From positions 40,499,668-40,534,985 of the forward strand of contig NC_068986.1 of assembly GCF_001194135.2 (NCBI RefSeq): a DNA stretch of 35,318 nucleotides. Reading direction: 5' to 3'. Shown here in pieces: positions 11,746-22,085 of this stretch. The notes below the pieces were generated by a model. The model was not told the DNA's origin and ran no database searches. It was given only the letters and a program-made list of their open reading frames with translations. The translations under genes were made by a program, and so were the position numbers. The DNA comes from Octopus bimaculoides. Lineage: Eukaryota. Position 1 is the stretch's first letter. Every line of letters starts with the position of its first letter.

Positions 11746-12009
11746 TCTTTGATGTAGCTGAAACATTTTTGCCAGAGGCTTTCATTTCCATCTGAACTTT
11801 GTGTACAAAAGATCTTACAACATTTAGAAAGTTGGCAATTTTTAAATCGCTGTATTTCACACATATAACAACAATGACTGTATATCTTTCCATTTCGTGT
11901 GTTACCATTTTATCTGCCATGGGGGATTTGAAAGAAATAAAAAACCTAATTGGTTTAAAGAGAGTAATATACTGATAATCAAATGTTCTTTAATACCCCT
12001 CACACTCTG
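11745..12009 (-). mobile_element. maT/DD37D-like transposon left end and first HTH
   Basis: ORF 11696..11920 EMERYTVIVVICVKYSDLKIANFLNVVRSFVHKVQMEM aligns by eye with EIWKRHAVLIGICARDSNTNILECLGVYLRTV at 6361. Minus-strand end cagagtgtgaggggta resembles aagggtgcgatgggta at 6218. Confidence 0.75.
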
Positions 12010-12024
12010 CATATATATATATAT

Positions 12025-12068
<44 letters not shown>

Positions 12069-12074
12069 ATATGT

Positions 12075-12375
12075 GAGGATGCATGGCCTAGTGGTTAGGG
12101 TGTTGCATTCTCGATCACGAGGTTGTGGTTTCAATTCCTAGACCAGGTGGTGTGTTGCACTCTTGAGCAAAGCACTTGATTTCACATTGCTCTGCAGTGA
12201 TGATGACCTTGGTACGTGGTACACTGTGCACCTGTTCACTCTCTCGGTTTCATGGAGAGAGTGAGCTAAGGTATGGCACATACATTTGATCACTATAAAC
12301 TAATTAAATCATTTGTGCAGGTTGTCTGGCAAAAGCTGAACACTCATACATTGTCTTTGATAGGGGAGACCATCA
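12075..12375 (+). mobile_element. tRNA-derived SINE (family F, single copy here)
   Basis: A box tggcctagtgg (12084-12094), B box ggtttcaattcc (12127-12138), then cttgagcaaagcactt core-like segment; no CCA end or clean acceptor stem. Confidence 0.8.
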
Positions 12376-12402
12376 TATAAATATATTTATGTAAATATGT
12401 TT

Positions 12403-12910
12403 GTAGGCATAGCTGTATGGTTAACAAGCAGATTTTGCAACCATGTGGTTTTGGGTTCAGTCCCACTGTGTTGCATGCACATTGAGTGGAAGGTAGCGAG
12501 CTGGCAGAAACGTTAGCACACCGGATGAAATGCTTAGCAGTATTTTGTCCGCCGTTACATTCTGAGTTCAAATTCCGCCGAGGTCGACTTTGCCTTTCAT
12601 CCTTTCGGGGTGGATAAATTAAGTACCAGTTACGCACTGGGGTTGATGTAATCGACTTAATCCTATTTTCTGGCCTTGTTTGTCTCCTCTATGTTTAGCC
12701 CCCTGTGGGCAATGAAGAAATAAGAAACTATGTGGAACCTTGTTGTGTGTGTGCTTGAGTTTGTTCTCTCTCATTGATTGACAACTGGTGTTGGTTTATA
12801 TCCCTGTAATATAGCAGTTCTGCAAAAGAGATTACTAAAATAAGTGCCAAAACCCTTTGAGGTGGTGCCCCAGCATGGCTACAATCCTATGAATGAAACA
12901 AGAAAAAGAT
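12403..12910 (+). mobile_element. Old SINE family B copy split by an inserted family A SINE
   Basis: B head at 12403-12480, B 3' half at 12730-12910. Confidence 0.75.
12489..12727 (+). mobile_element. Young full-length SINE family A
   Basis: gagctggcagaaacgttagc, B box gagttcaaattcc, core gaggtcgactttgcctttcatcctttcgggg...taagtacc; CpGs retained; near identical to 18122-18355. Confidence 0.92.
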
Positions 12911-13149
12911 ACACAGTTATGTTTGCATGTAACACACATACACACACACACAAGCATGTTTACAATGCAGTAACAGAATGATAAATTTCTGTTATAGAAT
13001 CCGGTCATTTTGTCTTGTACTACTTGTATATAAGTGGGTGAGGTTTTTTTCTTTTTAATGCTTCTTTTGACAGAATGAACTCAATTTCTTGCAAATATTA
13101 TTATTGTTATTATTATTATTATTAATATTATTATTATTATTGATTTTAA

Positions 13150-13281
13150 ATTTTGGCTCAAGGCCAGCTAGTTCAGGGGAGGGCTAAGTCGATGATATTG
13201 ACCCCCAGTACTTCACTGGTGCTTATTTTATTGACCCTAAAAGGATGAAATGCAAAGTTGACCTCAGCAGAATTTGAACTC
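13150..13281 (-). mobile_element. SINE family A fragment
   Basis: aaaggatgaaatgcaaagttgacctc..gaatttgaactc is the reverse complement of the core and B box. Confidence 0.85.
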
Positions 13282-13282
13282 T

Positions 13283-13440
13283 TTACATTCTGAGGTCAAA
13301 TTCCACCAAGCTTGACTTTGCTTTCATCTTTTCAGGGTTGATAAATTAAGTACCTGTGAAACACTGGGGTTGATGTAATCGACTAGTCCCCTCCCCCAAA
13401 ATTTCAGGCCTTGTGCCTATAGTGGAAAGGATTATTATTA
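13283..13440 (+). mobile_element. SINE family A, 5'-truncated, (ATT)n tail
   Basis: Core plus aatttcaggccttgtgcctatagtggaaagg(att)n. Confidence 0.88.
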
Positions 13441-13584
13441 TTGTTATTATTTTTATTATTATTATTATTATTATGTTTTTTTTTCTTCTTTCTTCAAATT
13501 TTTTCCCATTTCTCGCCGAGTGTTTTCCGTACACCTAGGGCAGAGAAACGTTGTATGCATTCCCAATTTACACANNNNNNNNNN

Positions 13585-13661
<77 letters not shown>

Positions 13662-13692
13662 CATTATTATTATCATTATTATTATTATTAAT
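13585..13692. repeat. (ATT)n microsatellite next to a 10-N gap
   Basis: Read directly; explains the poly-I and poly-L ORFs. Confidence 0.95.
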
Positions 13693-13694
13693 TA

Positions 13695-13915
13695 AGGTAG
13701 CAAACTGGCAGAATCATTAGCACGTCAGGTAAAATACTTAGCGGCATTTCATCTGTCTTTACATTCTGAGTTCAAATTCCATTGAGGTCAGCTTTACCTT
13801 TCAATCTTTGGGGGTCAATAAATTAAGTACCAATGAAACACTGGAGTTGATGTAATCAACTAGTCCCCTCTCCATAAATTTCAGGCCTTGTGCTTTTAGT
13901 AGAAAAGATTATTAT
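13695..13915 (+). mobile_element. SINE family A, full length, (ATT)-tail subfamily
   Basis: Head, B box, core and tail all present. Confidence 0.88.
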
Positions 13916-13933
13916 TAGTTTTATAATAATATA

Positions 13934-14150
13934 TACAGTAAAGCCTCGATATATGAGTTAATTTATTCCCGGAGACTGCTCATAAAGCAAAAAACTCATA
14001 GAGCAGAACAATAATTTCCAATAGTAGCAATGTTATAAATCGTAATTTGTTCCCAGAAAAATATTTTACTTTTAAAATTTATAATACTTGTAAATAAATA
14101 GCAATAAAACAACAGTAGAACATGAAAAATATTTTATGTAAAGTAAAAGG
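13934..14150 (+). mobile_element. Probable pogo/Tigger-like DNA transposon left end
   Basis: TA followed by cagtaaagcctcgatata, the CAGT..CCTCG terminus typical of Tigger/pogo; no matching right TIR found. Confidence 0.5.
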
Positions 14151-14184
14151 AGTTTCAAGATCATTTATGATAAAAAATATTATT

Positions 14185-14790
14185 ATTACAATCAGACCAT
14201 CAGATAGTCACAATGCACTTCCTATTTTGTCTTGTTTGCATCATTCTTTTCCATCTTGACCCAAATTGCTTAGCTAAATTGTCTTCCTATCATCACAGAG
14301 GCTTCCCAAGCAGCATTTTCCAATCTCTTGGATACCACTTGGTAACTGCACAGATCCACCTGTTGTCTGTGAACCTTGCGACACGTCCAACCCTTCGGAA
14401 CATGTGCTTTTGGTATTCTGTGATCACATCATTCACTCCACTCCATTTTCAAATTATCTCATTTTGAATATGTTCTTGTAATGATATTCCTAGTATGGAT
14501 CTTTCCATAGTCCTTATGCATCATAGCCAGTCAATGTTCTATCCTCTTTTTTTGTTGCCCATGTCTTATTTATGTATAAGAGCGCAGCTAGGCTGGTTCT
14601 ATTGAAGAATCTGGCATATTGTCTAGCTTTGTTTTAAGCATATCCTTTATTGATTTAAATGCCTTCCATCCTGCCCTTATTCTCTTTGAGATTTCAGCAT
14701 CCATATCTCAACTAATATTCACTGTGTGCCCTAAGTAAACATGCTCCTTTATCTCCTCGATTTCATCACTTCCTACCTCCATTTGGCCTT
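14185..14790 (-). mobile_element. RTE-clade LINE 3' remnant (C-terminal end of the RT ORF), decayed
   Basis: Minus translation EEIKEHVYLGHTV...EISKRIRAGWKAF...TMERSILGISLQEHIQNE...VGRVARFTDNRW..AVTKWYPR with stops and frameshifts. Confidence 0.92.
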
Positions 14791-15584
14791 ATGCTGAATT
14801 TAGTTTTATATGAGGGTGAAATAGCAACACAGGAGTGGCTTGTGCTTATTTGCTGGATCAAACAATAATTTTATTTCAATGATATTCTAGATCCAATGGT
14901 ATAAATTTTATAGATTATACTTTTTCCTCACTGAAATTTAAATCTACTTACTGTTTCTTGATTTTTTTTTTTAATTGTTGCTTTAATAGTCTGACTTATT
15001 TCTCTTCTTCTTTAATATTTTTTATTAGTAAATTGAATTTACATTAATTGATTTTATAACAAACTTTTTCAGACACAGATATATTCCAATAATCCTATCA
15101 TCTTATATCACTCCAATATTTCAGATATTTATAATAGTTTCTTATATTAAAGGAATTTCTATACTTACATGTTGCATGTATGTAGTTTTGTATGATACCA
15201 ACCATTCTTATAAGGCAAGAAATATGTACATATTTTAAATTCTTCTTTTACTGTTTTTTTTTTTATTTGGTATATATCGACCTTAATGCTTTTTCTTCAT
15301 ATTTTATTGATCTTCATTTATCTAATTGCTAAGTTTTCCTTTAGTAGAAATAGCCTTGGCTCACACTGAATTGATGCCACAAAGTATATATAACTGATTT
15401 ATTTGTAACCAAGACAAACAGACACACACACACACACATACATACACACATGCATGTGTACATAACACAACACATTTGAGGCTTTTACTTAGCTCTTATC
15501 CAAAAATTGCCATGCCATCTGTCCTTTTACTGTCCCCTCTGCCCAGCCCTGCTGCCTCAGGCTGGGAAAGGAAACCTGCAGTGT

Positions 15585-15880
15585 CTAGACCATGTTTTGC
15601 ACTAAGTTTTTCATTTCATGATGATAGGCCTCTCGTCTGGGATGCCACATGCTACAATACAGTCTCCGGTGACAACCTGATGTATTTGGCTGGCAGTCCA
15701 GGCTTCACTGCTCATGAAGGGCAAAATGTCAAAGTATTGGCCTCTCTCTGACAGATTTGTGGTTGAGCCTGCGGCTGTGGAGACCTGACGTTCTTGGCCC
15801 CCAGATTACATTCCTGCTTTTTGCTGTTAGAGCAGAGATGGCTATCTGCAAGTGTGTTCCCCATTAGCTGGAGTGACTGT
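15585..15880 (+). mobile_element. Restriction-like endonuclease remnant of a CRE-type non-LTR retrotransposon
   Basis: RP....SF..DRPLVWDATC.NTVS..NL..LAGSPG.TA, then after a frameshift at about 15731 KYWPLSDRFVVEPAAVET; matches my recollection of the RPDG..GRPLVWD.TC...KY..L..F.P.AVET RLE pattern. Confidence 0.75.
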
Positions 15881-16194
15881 TTCAGTACATTTCCCTAACC
15901 GTCCTCCAGTGCAACACCTTTTCTATTTTGTCCACTTGTCAATCCATGAGGTGGACTGACAAGTCACATTTGAATAGGAAGTAACATGTAATTAGTAATT
16001 TCAGAGGAACAGAGATAAGTAGTAGTAGTAGTGGTAGTGTCTACAGCAGCTGGATAGAAGAGACATAGAGGAAATAGCATGGTTGTAGCATAGAAATGGT
16101 CTGGTGAATGATTTGCTTATTAGGGTGTGGTCCAGAGGTAGAGACAGAGATTGTGTTATTGCTTAACACCAAATCAACCCTGATTAAACAGACT

Positions 16195-16422
16195 TTAAAC
16201 CTTCAGCATTCAGATTATTCTATCAAATGTAATGCTTATTTACTCACATTGTTTCAAAATAATTATGCATTATCTTGTAGCTTCAAGATTTCATTGATGT
16301 GATTGTTTACTTTTAGAATGACATTATAGGGTAGGTGTGAGAGACCGGATCTGGCTAGTTTTAACATAGAATAGGTAGAATATGTAGGCTAGATATAACT
16401 GGTTAAAATGCTAAAGCGTTCA
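16195..16422 (+). mobile_element. TTAA-flanked piggyBac-like MITE, copy 1
   Basis: ttaaaccttcagcatt ... aatgctaaagcgttca inverted ends; colinear with 24515-24742. Confidence 0.8.
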
Positions 16423-16674
16423 TTGGCCAATGTGTCTTTTGTCTTTTAAAATGGTAGGTTGTGCATTGAGGAGGTGATTTGTCTGCTATTTCTAACAGGT
16501 TGAACAGCTATGTTGAAGCTTTACTGGTGTGGTGAATACATCTGTTTTTGTTTGGGATTATGTGTGGCCATTGCTCTTGTATTGACATGTATGTCTTCCA
16601 GTATATTTTGTGCTTTCTTTTAATTTTTTTTTTAAAGTAATTATCATTCTCATTGTTACTATCTATTAATACTC

Positions 16675-17140
16675 ATAGGTGCAGATGTGGGTCTGTGGTA
16701 AGAAATTTGCTTCCCAACTACATGGTTTTTGAGTTCAGTTTCACTTGACCTAGGGCAAGTATCTTCTGTTAATGCCATGGGCTGATCAAAATCTTGTAAG
16801 TGGATTCAGTACACAGAAACTGAAAGTAACCTGCAGTACATATAGATATATGTATGTGTGCGCACACACATGTATGTGCATGTGACTGTGCTACTCTCTC
16901 TTTACCTTGATATCATGTGATACTTATAAACGAATGTCTCCATTGTGCATGTAGTGCCCTACATTACCAATCTTCCATGAAAACATGTCTGGTTATGAAG
17001 AAATATTACCTTCCTTGGAAACAAGTGAGGGTTGGCAACAGGAAAAGTATCCAGCAGTAAAAAATTTGCTTCAGCAAATTCCATCTTACCCATGCACACA
17101 TGGAAAAGTAGACATTAAAAATGATGATGTGGATGATGAT
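16675..17140 (+). mobile_element. SINE with family B head and family C-type (GAT)n tail
   Basis: B head, then ttggcaacaggaaaagtatccagc...acccatgc..catggaaaagtagacattaaaa(tga)n; reverse copy at 22270-22765. Confidence 0.8.
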
Positions 17141-17458
17141 AAATTGATTTACATGGTTTTATAACTATTGATATTGATATTTATACATTTTCTCTTCTGG
17201 TCACATGGTACATTTCAGTGATCAATAATGTCTGAATCTTGCTTGTCGCTAGAGTTGTCACAGTCAAAATTTTCATCAATGCTTCTTAAGACAAGTGAAT
17301 CTCTTTTCTCCCCCCCCCCCCAGCCATGCTGGCTCTTTGCTTTAAAGGGCTTAGTTTAACAAATCAACTGCAGTACTTATTCTGTTGGTCTCTTTCGCTG
17401 AACCGTTAAGTTATGTGGGTGTAAATGAACCAACACTGGTTGCCAGGTGGTGATGGCA

Positions 17459-17508
<50 letters not shown>

Positions 17509-17798
17509 CACACACACACACACATATATATATACACACACAGATATGTAGTTAAAAATTGTGCAAAAAACAAAAAAGGTGAGGCAACTGCAAACATGGT
17601 GTATTAGTTTGACGTTCAGGCAAAATGGAAGAGTCTTTGACATTTTGAGCCTTCACTCAAAGGAAATGAATAAGATAAAACAAATGGAGTGAGAAAAAAA
17701 AGTGTCATGTATGTATGTATGTACAATAAGCTTTTTCTGTTCACTCATAAGACTTTGGTTAGCTTTGGGTTATAGTAAAATATATTTACTCAAGTTGC

Positions 17799-18000
17799 TA
17801 TGCTGGATACTGCATCAGACATATTGATGAAATTGCTAACAAGCTAGTGCTCTGGCATCCAACAGGAGGAAGAACCAAGAGAGGAAGAAGGAAGATGGCC
17901 TGTATCAACAACTTGCTGGAGGATACAGAAGATAGAAATGAATGGGGAAAACATGTGGAAACAGTCTTGGGTTATCCTGAGGAATGACCTAGATAGATAG
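17799..18000 (+). mobile_element. RTE-group LINE extreme 3' end with (TAGA)n tail
   Basis: Open frame AGYCIRHIDEIANKLVLWHPTGGRTKRGRRKMACINNLLEDTEDRNEWGKHV, stop at 17985-17987, then ctagatagatag. Confidence 0.8.
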
Positions 18001-18355
18001 GGTGGTGAGCTGGCAGAGACGTTAGCACACCGGGCGAAATGCTTGGCGATATTTCGTCTGCCGTTACATTCTGAGTTCATATTCCGCCGAGGTCAACTTT
18101 GCCTTTCATCCTTTTGGAGTCAAGGCGGTGAGCTGGCAGAAACGTTAGTATGCCGTGCGAAATGCTTAGTGGTATTTCGTCTGCCGTTACGTTCTGAGTT
18201 CAAATTCCGCCAAGGTCTACATTGCCTTTCGTCCTTTCGGGGTCGATAAATTAAGTACTAGTTACGCACTGGGGTTGATGTAATTGACTTAATCCCTTTG
18301 TCTGTCCTTGTTTGTCCCCTCTATGTCTAGCCCTTTGTGGGCAATAAAGAAATAA
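18001..18355 (+). mobile_element. Young SINE family A tandem dimer (3'-truncated copy plus full copy)
   Basis: 18001-18118 and 18122-18355, both CpG-rich. Confidence 0.92.
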
Positions 18356-18918
18356 GATAGATAGATAGATTCTCTGCAGTGAAACTGAACTCAATACCGC
18401 TCTGATTGGGGAGCAAGCTTCTTAACCAAACAGTGATGCCTGCTTTCTTTCCTTCTAGCTGGAAAATGAAATCTAAAACACAGAAACACTGCGCTTCATT
18501 TCTTGTCTATAATAATAAGGCACTTTTCAGTATCAAAAAAAAAAAAAAAAGATAAGGGTGTAAGTAAAGTGGTGGGTGTCAGATTAAGGGAAAGGTTGGC
18601 ACTAAAGCCCTTTACAAGTTTATTCAGTTCACTGAACTTACCCTCTTTGTGTAGCTCTCTCATAATCATTCAGCTGAGAAGGTCTGATATATGGGAGTTT
18701 TCTTAGTGCTCTCTTTTTCTCTCTCTCCCGCACATACACATTTTTTTTTCTTTTCTGGTGGTGGGAGAGGAGTGCAAAATTATGAATGACTATTGATAAC
18801 TAATGAAGTGTGAAAGAGAATTTATTAAATCAGGTAAGGGTGTTAATATAAGCAGATATAAACCATTATTAGTATATTGGATGTAATTTCATTTAATATA
18901 TATTGCTGGATTGGAAGG

Positions 18919-19130
18919 AAGATAGTAAGCTGGCAGAATCATTAGTGTGTCAGGTGAAATGCTTTGTGGCATTTCTTCTGACTCTGTCGGTTCTAGGTTC
19001 AAATTCCATTTAGATCAACTTTGCCTTTCATCCTTTCAGAGTTGATAAAATAAAGTACTAGTTGAGCACCGAGGGTCAATGTAATCAGCTGTCTTCTCAA
19101 AATTTCAGGCCTTGTATCTATAGTAAAAAT
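18919..19130 (+). mobile_element. SINE family A
   Basis: Head, B box, core and aatttcaggccttg tail; a more decayed copy follows at about 19165-19320. Confidence 0.85.
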
Positions 19131-19437
19131 GTGTGCGTGATTGACTAAATTGTTAGAGAACAGGACTAAATTATATTGCAGCATTAAGCTGCCAATCTTT
19201 ACATTCTAGTTTCAAATCTTGCGAATGTCAACCTTCTTTTCTATCCTTTCATGATCAATAAAATACCAGTCACTTGCTATTGGCTCAATAACATGGACTA
19301 ACACTTCTGACAAAATTGGCAGCTTTTTTTGTGGAAGTCAGAGCTTAATGTATATTATGGTAGTTTGGTGGTGGCGGCGGTTGCTGCTGCTGTTGTTGCA
19401 ATTGCTACAGCAGTGGTGGCGCTACTGTTGTTGTGTA

Positions 19438-19620
19438 GCTTCTAAATCAACCTTGATTGATTATGCTTATGATCAAAAGCATTCCAGCTATGACCATCTT
19501 GTCTTTTTATAGCTGCCTATGTCTACATTGTCCTTATTTTGTGAGAGTTGACATGGAGTGATTTGCAGAGAATATTTAGCTACTATTTCCAGCAGGTCAA
19601 GAAATCATGAAGCGACTCCT
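19438..19620 (-). mobile_element. Family D repeat
   Basis: tatgatcaaaagcattccagctatgacc...gctactatttccagcagg, preceded by a GTT/GCT-rich tail. Confidence 0.75.
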
Positions 19621-19792
19621 TCCTGTTCTATATGTTTATCTTCGAAACCAGCTTCTTTTCCAATGGAAGAGCTTTGTTGAATTTTCATCATTTCATCTTT
19701 TTCCAAAGAAAAAAATAATCTTCAATAATCTGTTTTTCAATGACAAATAAAAAATATTTACATTGAATTTCAGGCACTTTGTTTCTTTGATA

Positions 19793-20025
19793 TTACCCCC
19801 TTTGCAATCATATTTCTAATGAAATACATCATGTGTTTCAATTAATTTTTAAAATAACCAGGAATATGAAAGGATTCGGTAAAGTAACTAAATTTGTCTG
19901 GAGTGACTAAACTAAATTAGAACTACAATGGAAGTTTTAAATTTAAAATATAAACACTTTAAAGTCAGTGGTTTTATATCAGTGAAACAGAGGTGGTTTT
20001 GGCAAGTTGGCATCAAAAGAGTTAA
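19793..20025. mobile_element. piggyBac-like MITE, second family
   Basis: ttacccccttt ... caaaagagttaa ends (degenerate TTAA-CCCTTT TIR) around an AT-rich body. Confidence 0.6.
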
Positions 20026-20484
20026 AAAAAGAATCTTAATGCCATGTTATTTAATCCTCTGAACATTAGTTTTGAGATGTGTGTCTTTAGCCATGTCACA
20101 CACATTATTTTGAAGCAGAGCAAACTAACAGTAGCTTGGTAATCTTATTACAATGCTAGTCAGCCTACTGATAAAGTCAAAAGGAAAATAGCTAAGTGAA
20201 TATGATATTTGACTGCAAGTGCATAGACTGCTAGATTATTCAAATCCCCTGTAGACCACTCCCTTGCATTTTTCAGCTGGTCACTACTAAATTCTGTACA
20301 CCTAACTCAATGAGCTGTTATAAATATTCTCAAAAATTCAATCTGCTGCCGAGAGATTGTCACAGTCATTAGACATGACACCAAAGACACACACAGACAC
20401 ATCCTTATTTTTCTATGTTAAGTCAGACTCACACTGTATCTGTTTCTTCATTTGTTTTATTATTATTATTATTTATTGCTTAGT

Positions 20485-21400
20485 AACATTTTGTCCATCT
20501 TTATATTCTGAGTTCAAATTTCAATGAGATTGACTTTACCTTTCGTCCTTTTAGGGTTGATAAAATAAATACCAGTTGAATACTAGGGTTGATGTAATCA
20601 ACTTATCCTCTGTCCTGAAATTACTGACCTTGTGCCTACAGTAGAAAGGATTATTATTGTTGTTCTTGTTGTTATGGTGGCAGAATCATTAGCACTCTGG
20701 AACAAATGCTGAGTAGCATTTCTACTGGATTTATGTTCTGAGTTCAAATTCCTCTGAGGTTGACTTTGTCTTTCATTATCTAAGGGTTAATAAAATAATT
20801 ACCGGTCAAGCACACAGGACAAAATGCCGAACAGCGTTTCTTCTGGCTTTCCGTCCTGAGTTCAAATTCTGCTATGGTCAACTTTGCCCTTTCATTCTGT
20901 CTAAGGTCACTGAAATAAAGTACCATTTGATCACCAAGGGTTGTTATAATCAACTAGCCTCCTCCTCCAACATTTCAGGCCTTATACCTATGTTAGAAAG
21001 AATTATTATAATTACTATAATTATTATTGATTGAGTTCTGAGTTCAAATTCTCCCTTGATCAACTTGGCTTTCCATCTGATTGGAGGTTGATAAAATAAG
21101 TACCAGTTCACCATTGGTGTCAGTGTCATCAACTGTATACTCCTTCCCCAGAATTTCAGGCCCTTTTTTTGTGTGGAAAGAATAATTATTGACTTGCCCT
21201 TTCTATTTGAAATGCTAGCCTTGTGCCAAAATTAGAAAGAATTATTATTATTATTATCCCATTCACATCTAGATGATGTTATAATACTTCATGGATAGTT
21301 ATTTTACTGACATCCTGGCCCCAGAAAGACATAAAGCAAAGTTGAGGTCAGTAGGATTTGAACTCTGAAGGTAACACCACTTGCATTCTGACCAATAGCT
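20485..21400. mobile_element. Array of four + strand SINE A copies and one - strand copy
   Basis: ctgagttcaaatt recurs near 20510, 20738, 20858 and 21038; inverted ggatttgaactc near 21355. Confidence 0.85.
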
Positions 21401-22085
21401 CTAATGATTCTATGAAATCACCACCTGTGTGTTGTCAAGCAGAAATTTGCATTAAATCAAAAGTAGCATATCTTGCTGTGTTAAACATTGGTAGAAATTT
21501 ATCATTCTTTGCTCATACAAGGTTACCAAGAAGGCTTCATATGAAATACATGTTAGGTGCGTGTGTGTGTGTGTGTATGCATTGAAGTAAGAGCCTGAGT
21601 ACTATACATATAGAATTTGTGTGTTTAATTTGACAGAGAGAGGTTGCAAACCCCCTGAGGTGTACTGATATGCATGATTGCTCAGCTAGCAAAATATCTA
21701 TGCTTCAGTTCTCATTGTTATTTTTTTTCCTCGTTTTTTCCTTCTCTCTCTTGTTATTAATGGAATCTTTTAATATTGTATATATGGAAAATAACTATTA
21801 TACACACAAACACAGACACATAAAACCATTATCATTTTTTTATGTCTGCTCTCTCCATGTTGGCTTTGTCTGGATGAGGCTTGTTAAGGCCTTTTCTGAG
21901 GCCAATACTTATTCTTTTTAAGCAAGGTACTCCACTGCCAATTTATATGTTGATCCTCTGAATAAGCTGCGTAAACATGCTGCAACCAATGTCCATACGA
22001 AGACAGATACATGCACACATACACATTTGCACTCCTTTCTACAATACACATGCATGTGCCCGCGCGTGTGCACACACACACACAC

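Larger units (their letters stand above)
17320..18445 (-). mobile_element. Old SINE family B copy broken into pieces by later insertions
   Basis: 3' half at 17320-17460, middle at 17720-17800, head at 18372-18445, in correct order and orientation. Confidence 0.7.

Noticed and set aside
12075-12145. Possible genuine tRNA gene
   Set aside because: A and B boxes are present, but the stems are decayed and it continues into a SINE body.
14800-15410. AT-rich stretch between the RTE and CRE remnants as a further element or Tigger continuation
   Set aside because: I could not find a right TIR or any translatable motif.
20485-21400. Recurring ctgagttcaaatt motif as a CRISPR-like array
   Set aside because: Spacing is irregular, the spacers are homologous to each other, and the context is eukaryotic SINE copies.
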